From the IMG/VR virus record IMGVR_UViG_3300042453_003986, positions 14,042-78,041 of that record: DNA of 64,000 nucleotides. The stretch is one strand, 5' to 3'. Both the position numbers and the translations under genes were made by a program. The notes under the pieces were generated by a model. That model ran no database searches. It saw only the letters and a list, made by a program, of their open reading frames with translations, and was not told the DNA's origin. Every line of letters starts with the position of its first letter. The first letter of the stretch is position 1. Source of the stretch: a virus. Below, in pieces: positions 58,351-64,000 of this stretch.

Positions 58351-58460
58351 CAGCGAAACACGTCTCACTCAGTGCGATTGAGTGAGACGTGTCTACGGTT
58401 GTTGCTCATAAGAGTAACGTAAAATTGATCCGTACTGATGAGCTGTTTCAGTATTCTTAC
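58351..58460 (+). ncRNA. Type II hammerhead ribozyme, copy 2
   Basis: Identical to copy 1, 900 nt downstream; predicted cut after 58393. Confidence 0.92.
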
Positions 58461-58475
58461 AGCAAGGAGTTGGTC

Positions 58476-58961
58476 ATGTCTACACTGTTCAAGATGATGT
58501 TCGTGTTCGTCACGATGGCGTTGCGTGCCATGGCGATCGCCATGGCGATCGCCATTCCGTTCGGGGTCGGCTACGAGTGGTGGTTAGGCCACGGCAGCGG
58601 ATACTTGATGGCTGCGGCCATCGTGGTCCTTCTGCCAACATTCGCTTTCCTCCACGGCCTCTGGGTCGTGGGGAGCCTGATCCTCGCGAGCAAGCGCCTT
58701 CAGGAGGAGTTCAACATCCTCCGCGACATGCTTGCGGAAGGCGCCGGTTGGAGTCTGCGGGAGCAGCTCCGCGACGTTGTCGACGCCCGAAACGCCGTCT
58801 TCCAGAATCTCTGGGAGATGGAGAAGTGGTGGCTTTGCGATGTGATCGCGCGCGACATGATGTCGCGCATCGATCGCGAACGCCGCACCCTCGAATACGC
58901 CGTAGAGCGTAACATCGAGGCGGCACAGGCACGTCGCAACTCCAGCGATTTCCGCTGGTAG
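58476..58961 (+). CDS. Two-TM membrane protein, paralogue B
   Basis: Same RBS context as paralogue A; LWEMEKWWLC. Confidence 0.7.
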   Translation: MSTLFKMMFVFVTMALRAMAIAMAIAIPFGVGYEWWLGHGSGYLMAAAIVVLLPTFAFLHGLWVVGSLILASKRLQEEFNILRDMLAEGAGWSLREQLRDVVDARNAVFQNLWEMEKWWLCDVIARDMMSRIDRERRTLEYAVERNIEAAQARRNSSDFRW

Positions 58962-58970
58962 TTGTTGCCC

Positions 58971-59002
58971 CTGCAACGCTCACCTGCAGATATGGATGTG
59001 AG
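58971..59002 (+). ncRNA. Pseudoknot motif B, copy 2
   Basis: Identical to copy 1. Confidence 0.6.
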
Positions 59003-59031
59003 AGTATTCACGTTTAGCCTTTAGAAAGGAG

Positions 59032-59217
59032 GTGAACACCATGTACGATCCCGACAAGGACGAGGTCATCGAGGAAGAGATGGCAGAGTTTTCAGCTCTT
59101 GAGCAGGTCGCAGCTGAGCTGCGCGCGCAAGGGCTGGGCTGGGAATGTCCCTACTGCTGCAGCGACGTCGCTGCAGCGATGGAGGCATGCCGCGAGTGCG
59201 GCTATCCCAGCCTCTAG
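59032..59217 (+). CDS. Small acidic Zn-ribbon protein
   Basis: GAAAGGAGG RBS; CPYC..CREC. Confidence 0.65.
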   Translation: MNTMYDPDKDEVIEEEMAEFSALEQVAAELRAQGLGWECPYCCSDVAAAMEACRECGYPSL

Positions 59218-59225
59218 CTGTCCGC

Positions 59226-59255
59226 CTGCAACGCTCACCTGCAGTAGGATGTGAG
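59226..59255 (+). ncRNA. Pseudoknot motif B, copy 3
   Basis: Same stems, shorter linker (taggat). Confidence 0.6.
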
Positions 59256-59286
59256 AAGCATTTGCGTCTAGCTTCTTGGAAAGGGG

Positions 59287-59499
59287 GTGAATAGCATGGC
59301 GCGATTAAGCCTCCCGATCATGGAGGCCGTGGCCTTGGCTCAGGTCCATTACGGATCGAACGCCAAGATCCGGCCGCAATGGTCGGCTGAGCACGCGCTG
59401 TGGGTAGTGGTGCTGCCACCCAACCCGCAGCGTGGGCTTGTCGCCGCAGCCTTCGAGGCTGCTGGCGTATTGGTGCTGGCCGAGATCCGGCCAGCGTAG
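59287..59499 (+). CDS. Hypothetical protein
   Basis: Purine-rich RBS; fits between spacers. Confidence 0.55.
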   Translation: MNSMARLSLPIMEAVALAQVHYGSNAKIRPQWSAEHALWVVVLPPNPQRGLVAAAFEAAGVLVLAEIRPA

Positions 59500-59557
59500 T
59501 TCGCCGGGGCGTACTCGTTACGTAGTGCGCAATGCGTAGCGAGTATGCTCCCTGTCC

Positions 59558-59586
59558 TTGCGGCCTTCATAGTATGCCGCTATAAT
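59558..59586 (+). promoter_or_regulatory. Possible sigma70-type promoter
   Basis: TTGCGG-17-TATAAT, the same hexamers as the promoter at 41548. Confidence 0.45.
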
Positions 59587-59666
59587 AGAATTACTATGAC
59601 CACTGCGGAATACAAGGTACCGTTCCGCGACCTTATTCTAGGTACCTGATGAAAGGAGCTTGCCGT

Positions 59667-59909
59667 ATGGCAAGTCTATTCATCGCGGCCTTGGCCGCAC
59701 TAGTGGCCGCATCGGCCACAGCCGCGTACTACCGCGGCACCATCGCCGCCCACGCCGCCGTCCGCTTGGCCTTGCGGGCCAAGCGTGCGGGCCGACGCGC
59801 CCGCGCCAGCCGCATTGCGCGCTGGCATCGCAAATCAGCGCTTCGCCGCGCTGAGGCGCGCGGTGCACGAAAGGCCAAAGCGCAGGTTCGCCTGCGCCTA
59901 GGCCTCTAG
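59667..59909 (+). CDS. Small membrane-anchored Arg/Ala-rich protein
   Basis: GAAAGGAG RBS; hydrophobic N-terminus and very basic tail. Confidence 0.6.
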   Translation: MASLFIAALAALVAASATAAYYRGTIAAHAAVRLALRAKRAGRRARASRIARWHRKSALRRAEARGARKAKAQVRLRLGL

Positions 59910-60038
59910 GCAGCCGGAGTAATGGGCGTGTACTCCGTTAACAAAACTCTGCCCACCATTGCAGACGTGATGCACCTGCGACAATGATCTTGCATCCTGG
60001 CCTACGGGCCAGCGAACGACGAGAAAGGAGGACGTCCT

Positions 60039-60161
60039 ATGGCTAGACTACACGGGTTACGGCTACCGTGCCCTCGTACGCCTAGCCGCAGTGCATGGCT
60101 AGTCCGCTTCTGGGCCCTCGCAGACGGACTGGCAGGTTACAGGAGGGCAGAAAGGAGGTAG
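60039..60161 (+). CDS. Possible 40-aa peptide (not in ORF track)
   Basis: GAAAGGAGG RBS; MARLHGLRLPCPRTPSRSAWLVRFWALADGLAGYRRAERR. Confidence 0.4.
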   Translation: MARLHGLRLPCPRTPSRSAWLVRFWALADGLAGYRRAERR

Positions 60162-60162
60162 G

Positions 60163-60576
60163 ATGATCGAAATCCTCCTCGCCTTGGTGTGCTACTCAGG
60201 CGGCAGGTGCGAAGAGCCCTCGTTGCCGATGGCATACGAGGCGGCGGTCGTCGCGATGTGCGAGAGCGGCGACACGCTACGATTGGGCTCCCTCGACTGG
60301 GAGGCCGTCAACGTCAACGCCGACGGCACGCGTGATACGGGCGCGTTCCAAATGAACTCGTATTGGGTGTGGTCCGGAGAGGACCGCTGGTTCATCAACC
60401 AGCTCGCGTGGGAATTGAAAATGTCCCCCGACACCCTGCTTGCAGCGTGGCCAACTGCAGGTGATGCGCCCCCGGCAGCGCAACTCAGGGCCTTTTATCT
60501 GTTATGGGACGAGGGCCGTGGCTCGTCCCATTGGGCGGCATCTCAGCACTGCTGGGGTCCGCTACTGGGGAAATAG
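60163..60576 (+). CDS. Secreted lysozyme-fold / lytic transglycosylase-like protein
   Basis: Signal-like N-terminus; CESG, N.N.DGT.DTGAFQMN..W, G.SHW....C. Confidence 0.65.
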   Translation: MIEILLALVCYSGGRCEEPSLPMAYEAAVVAMCESGDTLRLGSLDWEAVNVNADGTRDTGAFQMNSYWVWSGEDRWFINQLAWELKMSPDTLLAAWPTAGDAPPAAQLRAFYLLWDEGRGSSHWAASQHCWGPLLGK

Positions 60577-60578
60577 CT

Positions 60579-60800
60579 ATGTCTAATGAACATTACGTGC
60601 TTAGCGCACGTAGCCCAGAGTGGCTGGTCGCACAAATTCGCCGCGCAGGTCTCTGGGCACGTGTTGGCGAGGACTATGGGACGGTGATCGTCCCGGCCGA
60701 CCGGAAACGCCTCGCCGAAATCTGGAGAGCGCTGGGCGGCGGCCCTAGTTACCGCCCGTGGGAAATGCTGAGCGAAATCGACGGCAACTTCGCAGAGTAG
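60579..60800 (+). CDS. Hypothetical protein
   Basis: ATG 2 nt after the previous stop. Confidence 0.55.
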   Translation: MSNEHYVLSARSPEWLVAQIRRAGLWARVGEDYGTVIVPADRKRLAEIWRALGGGPSYRPWEMLSEIDGNFAE

Positions 60801-60806
60801 CTCAGC

Positions 60807-60838
60807 CCGCAAGGCTCACCTGCGGATATGGATGTGAG
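60807..60838 (+). ncRNA. Pseudoknot motif B, copy 4
   Basis: CCGCA/TGCGG (compensatory change) plus CTCAC/GTGAG. Confidence 0.6.
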
Positions 60839-60871
60839 AGTATTAGACGCGCAGAAAGAAAGGAATCTAAC

Positions 60872-61642
60872 ATGCGCACAATTTCAGCTGGGATGGGCTT
60901 CGGCCTGTCCATCCAAAACGGCCAGTTGGTTGGCCACAACATCAGCGTGGGGCGCTTCGCCTGCGACCACGTCGCGGCAGGTGCCGTGGGCGTCGCTGTC
61001 AACTCGGCTACGGCTGAGCTGACGGCGTTTGTCCGCCGCCCCAGCGAACAGCTCGGGGCGTTGGTAAGCAGGTTCACCGACGAAGTGTGCAAGCTCAACT
61101 TGTACATTATTACCGACGTAGCGGTCTCTGACCGCGCGATCGGTCTCATTGGGCAAGACGCTTACGGATACCGCTTGGTCGTGGTAGGCTACGCGGGCCT
61201 ACCGCATCAGTCGGCTGTCAGCGACCTTATAGTCGACGACGGTCGGCTGTTCCAGCCAGACCCGTCAACGACAGGGTGGCTACTTGCCGTCAAGTCGCCG
61301 CTGCGCTGGCAGGTCACTAACGTCGCTCCGGCGTTGACAGTCACCAACGAGTGGCTGTACTCTCCTGAGGGGGAAAAAGCGCCGTTTAGCCACTACAGTC
61401 CCGACACCGGGCTGGAGTGGACGCACTCCGAGTACCACGGGGAGTGCGTAGCGGCATACGCTGACTACGTAGCCACCCTGAACGGCGGCGTGGTCTACCC
61501 CTCAGCCAACTTGGGCAATCAGTACCAAGTGCGGTACATGCCCACATGGAGGGGCTGGAAAGACTTGGCCTTCGGTCATCAGTGCGGCATCGGCCGTGCT
61601 GAGGACGGTTCTGTGCACTTCTGGGGTACGCAGCCCCAGTAA
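60872..61642 (+). CDS. Hypothetical protein
   Basis: GAAAGGA RBS; 256 aa. Confidence 0.65.
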   Translation: MRTISAGMGFGLSIQNGQLVGHNISVGRFACDHVAAGAVGVAVNSATAELTAFVRRPSEQLGALVSRFTDEVCKLNLYIITDVAVSDRAIGLIGQDAYGYRLVVVGYAGLPHQSAVSDLIVDDGRLFQPDPSTTGWLLAVKSPLRWQVTNVAPALTVTNEWLYSPEGEKAPFSHYSPDTGLEWTHSEYHGECVAAYADYVATLNGGVVYPSANLGNQYQVRYMPTWRGWKDLAFGHQCGIGRAEDGSVHFWGTQPQ

Positions 61643-61647
61643 GTGCA

Positions 61648-61683
61648 CCGTGGAGTCGAGTAACCACGTTAAAATACTTTCAG
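61648..61683 (+). repeat. Intergenic motif D, copy 1 (36-nt exact repeat with 63037-63072)
   Basis: CCGTGGAGTCGAGTAACCACGTTAAAATACTTTCAG; CGTGG/CCACG stem. Confidence 0.75.
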
Positions 61684-61706
61684 TGTTATTAGTATGGAGG
61701 TGCGTT

Positions 61707-61808
61707 ATGTTGATCAACAAGTTGATGAAGGCAGGGTTTAAGCCCCGCCGGTCGACAGTGAACCGCTGGCTCGCTCCCGTGCGGAAGTTCCGCCGGGTAG
61801 TATGGTAA
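61707..61808 (+). CDS. Small basic peptide (33 aa)
   Basis: GGAGG RBS; MLINKLMKAGFKPRR... Confidence 0.5.
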   Translation: MLINKLMKAGFKPRRSTVNRWLAPVRKFRRVVW

Positions 61809-61818
61809 GGAGAAAACT

Positions 61819-62238
61819 GTGGAAAACATCATCATGCAGGCGGGCGACGAGGTCCGCGTGTACTGGAACAGCCGGAAACGGGTGTTTTCAGTACAAGTTC
61901 GCGACACCCAGAACCGCTGGGTCGTCGCCGGCTACACGAATAGCCTTGTGCTGACCGACGTCACCTTTACGGTGAGCAAGGCCGGGTTGGCCCGTGCTCG
62001 TCGCGAAGGTGTCAAGAATGTCCACGCCTATGTGCGTGGGACCGTGCCCGCTGATGATCTGTTCACGCGCTGGGGCGTGGACAACTGCACGGCCAGCGTG
62101 TACTACAGTTACCACGTCGGTAGCTTCCACACCCGCGCAGGTGTCCATATCGACGACGCACGGTACGCCGTGTTAGCCGTCGAAGACGCCCGCCCCGTCA
62201 TCCGCGTGGCCCCGGTCACTGAGGTGGCCGAGGTCTAG
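61819..62238 (+). CDS. Conserved phage hypothetical protein
   Basis: VRVY.N....FSV...L.DV.F.VS.AG..R..REG.KNVHA.V.G, recognised as a common phage family of unknown function. Confidence 0.65.
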   Translation: MENIIMQAGDEVRVYWNSRKRVFSVQVRDTQNRWVVAGYTNSLVLTDVTFTVSKAGLARARREGVKNVHAYVRGTVPADDLFTRWGVDNCTASVYYSYHVGSFHTRAGVHIDDARYAVLAVEDARPVIRVAPVTEVAEV

Positions 62239-62243
62239 TTCAT

Positions 62244-62270
62244 CCGGAGCAGGTAACCGGTCAACCTTGC
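62244..62270 (+). ncRNA. Pseudoknot motif C, copy 1
   Basis: CCGG-aGCAGGTaa-CCGG-tca-ACCTTGC. Confidence 0.55.
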
Positions 62271-62295
62271 GCTTTAGTAACAGTAGGAGTGTGCC

Positions 62296-62772
62296 ATGGA
62301 AATCAAGCTCACTTACCAAGTCACCGACACTCACGGCAATGCCGTCGAATTGGAGGTGCAGCAGTTGCTGCTGGCGGTTCCTTCCCAGAAGGAGCTGTTG
62401 GAATGGTGCTGGTCCGTTGTCCGCAACCAGCGTTGGGAGTTCGTCTCCCAATGGATACTGGAAGTTGACAAGGAGGTCGTGGACATCCCCGAGTGGGGGT
62501 TGAAATTCGTGCATACGTCCGTCACCAATGGCTTTGCCATCGAAGACGGTGGAGTCGAGGAGTCAGTCTTTTGGCTTACTAAGCCGTTCGTCTCCTTTAC
62601 GGCCGAGGAGCTGAGCAGTATTGAAAGGGAGTGGTCCCATCGAGATGATAACTGCGTGTACAAAGCACCCGGGATGCACTCGGGCGGCGTCCTCATGGAC
62701 GGCTTGCCCACCGGGGCGCCAGTAATCGAGTTGTCGGTTTACGTCCGCGACGTTTTGCCGTACAGCCGCTAG
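62296..62772 (+). CDS. Hypothetical protein
   Basis: AGGAG RBS; acidic, 158 aa. Confidence 0.65.
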   Translation: MEIKLTYQVTDTHGNAVELEVQQLLLAVPSQKELLEWCWSVVRNQRWEFVSQWILEVDKEVVDIPEWGLKFVHTSVTNGFAIEDGGVEESVFWLTKPFVSFTAEELSSIEREWSHRDDNCVYKAPGMHSGGVLMDGLPTGAPVIELSVYVRDVLPYSR

Positions 62773-62777
62773 TTTGT

Positions 62778-62804
62778 CTGGAGCAGGTAACCAGTTAACC
62801 TTGC
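62778..62804 (+). ncRNA. Pseudoknot motif C, copy 2
   Basis: CTGG-aGCAGGTaa-CCAG-tta-ACCTTGC. Confidence 0.55.
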
Positions 62805-62826
62805 GCTTTAGTACAAGAGGTGCATT

Positions 62827-63030
62827 ATGTGGCAACTTCTCTACGCAAACGCGCTTCTCGCTGTGTACATGCAGGACACCGCTAAGGTGCCTGCGTATCG
62901 GGTGGTGTTTAAGGGCGAGCAGAAGGTGTTCCGGGGGCCGAACGCTCGCTGGGACGCCGCCGCCTACATCCGTGAGCTGGACTGGGATACGTGGGCATCC
63001 ATGATTTCCCACGAGATTGACTGGGAGTAG
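62827..63030 (+). CDS. Hypothetical protein
   Basis: GAGGTG RBS; 67 aa. Confidence 0.6.
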   Translation: MWQLLYANALLAVYMQDTAKVPAYRVVFKGEQKVFRGPNARWDAAAYIRELDWDTWASMISHEIDWE

Positions 63031-63036
63031 TACTCC

Positions 63037-63072
63037 CCGTGGAGTCGAGTAACCACGTTAAAATACTTTCAG
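63037..63072 (+). repeat. Intergenic motif D, copy 2
   Basis: Exact copy of 61648-61683. Confidence 0.75.
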
Positions 63073-63093
63073 CTCTACTGTATGGAGGTTGTT

Positions 63094-63510
63094 ATGGAAT
63101 GGACACGAGGCGAGTGGGCAAACCGCGGCTACGTAGATAGCCGCCCCCGGCCGTTCGACGCCCCCGACATCCGGGCTACGGAGCAGCTGCTCCGCAACAT
63201 CAACCCGCAGACTCCGATCGACCCCGAAGGAGCGGTCGGATACTGGGAAGTTCCCAACTTCACTTACCGGCCTATTTGGGCACACGTCACCGTAGTGACA
63301 CCCCGTCGCTATGCGACATGGGAGGTAATGATGGTTCCGGTACGGGATCTCAAGTGGCAAGGCGACCCGAACGTCGAGCGCGCTATTGAGCGTCTCTGGC
63401 CCCGGGCTACGAGGACCGTTGTTTGGTGGCGTGGGTTTTTCGGGAACCGCACGCCGACCACTGTCGACTACGTCAAGCGGTTGCTCCACTACCGCAACGT
63501 CGTAGAGTAG
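63094..63510 (+). CDS. Hypothetical Trp-rich protein
   Basis: GGAGG RBS. Confidence 0.65.
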   Translation: MEWTRGEWANRGYVDSRPRPFDAPDIRATEQLLRNINPQTPIDPEGAVGYWEVPNFTYRPIWAHVTVVTPRRYATWEVMMVPVRDLKWQGDPNVERAIERLWPRATRTVVWWRGFFGNRTPTTVDYVKRLLHYRNVVE

Positions 63511-63515
63511 CTGTA

Positions 63516-63542
63516 ACGGAGCTGGTAACCGTATAACCTAGC
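63516..63542 (+). ncRNA. Pseudoknot motif C, copy 3
   Basis: ACGG-aGCTGGTaa-CCGT-ata-ACCTAGC; compensatory changes in both stems. Confidence 0.55.
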
Positions 63543-63564
63543 AGTGTAGTAAGAGGAGATTGTT

Positions 63565-63933
63565 ATGGGTTACAAAGTTATTGTGGTTTCGCGAAGTAAG
63601 GAAGTGTTCTCGGCGTTCACGCTGGACGTGTACCCGGTAGCTTCTCACGAGGAGGCTATTAAGCTGGTTGAAGATGCAGACCACAGTCTGCGCCAATCGT
63701 ACGCGTGGGTCCCCGGAGGGGATTGGTTCTACGCCGCGAACATCCTAGCCTTTGAGGTCACTCCTCGGGGCGACTGCGAGTTTGGGTTGCGGTATTTCTG
63801 TTTAACCGATGAAGAGGTCGCTAAGGAGTGTGCAGCGCGCAAAATGGACGTAGCTAAGTGTATGGAAACCCGCGCGGCTATACGCGCTAAGCCCGCGGAA
63901 CCGTACGCGTTTATTGCTCGGTTCAAGAACTAG
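63565..63933 (+). CDS. Hypothetical protein
   Basis: GAGGAG RBS; 122 aa. Confidence 0.65.
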   Translation: MGYKVIVVSRSKEVFSAFTLDVYPVASHEEAIKLVEDADHSLRQSYAWVPGGDWFYAANILAFEVTPRGDCEFGLRYFCLTDEEVAKECAARKMDVAKCMETRAAIRAKPAEPYAFIARFKN

Positions 63934-64000
63934 TTTTCCGAACGCCGATGAAACGTACTTTCGGCATACATCAAAGGAGGTACTCATATGGAGTACACAG

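Noticed and set aside
59959-60020. HDV-like ribozyme (hairpin followed by CGAA)
   Set aside because: Could not build P1, P3 and P1.1 (no GG after a P1 3' strand); kept only as a generic pseudoknot.
61648-63542. Motifs C/D (and 59915) as preQ1-I riboswitches or pistol ribozymes
   Set aside because: The resemblance is superficial (stem-GTAACC-stem-TTAA). C lacks the A-rich L3, there are no queuosine genes, and the pistol P2/P3 and GCG/GU core are absent.
57451-63560. Interspersed repeats as a CRISPR array or integron attC sites
   Set aside because: The repeats are separated by whole genes and belong to several families; there are no cas or integrase genes and no attC R/L box layout.
63935-63975. 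Third hammerhead (CCGATGAAAC)
   Set aside because: The core fragments overlap with no stem II and no stem III/NUH site; only a GCCGA/TCGGC hairpin is present.

Overview
The window is 64 kb of a large tailed dsDNA phage (siphovirus-like). No integrase, host housekeeping operon or CRISPR array is visible. The minus strand (1-41.4 kb) carries a head/tail morphogenesis operon: scaffold/protease, decoration, major capsid, head-tail joining, major tail, chaperones, a 5041-aa tape-measure-like protein carrying DEDDh exonuclease and thermonuclease domains, tail-tip proteins and a tail fibre. It continues into a replication module: glycosyltransferase, SSB-like protein, primase, DnaB, resolvase-like nuclease, PolA and a RecA-like protein. 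An AT-rich divergent control region lies at about 41.4-41.85 kb. The plus strand then encodes MazG, a class II RNR, an intein-containing large terminase, portal, a lysis cassette, glycan-modifying enzymes and tRNA-Leu. After that comes an unusually RNA-rich accessory region: an anticodon-less tRNA-like RNA, two covarying small hairpin RNAs in front of a TROVE/Ro60-like DUF2828-vWA gene, and a GC-rich array of small genes (57-64 kb). Almost every spacer in that array holds either a complete type II hammerhead ribozyme (two identical copies) or a small covarying H-type pseudoknot from one of several unnamed families. All family assignments are by motif recognition only; no database searches or folding computations were run.
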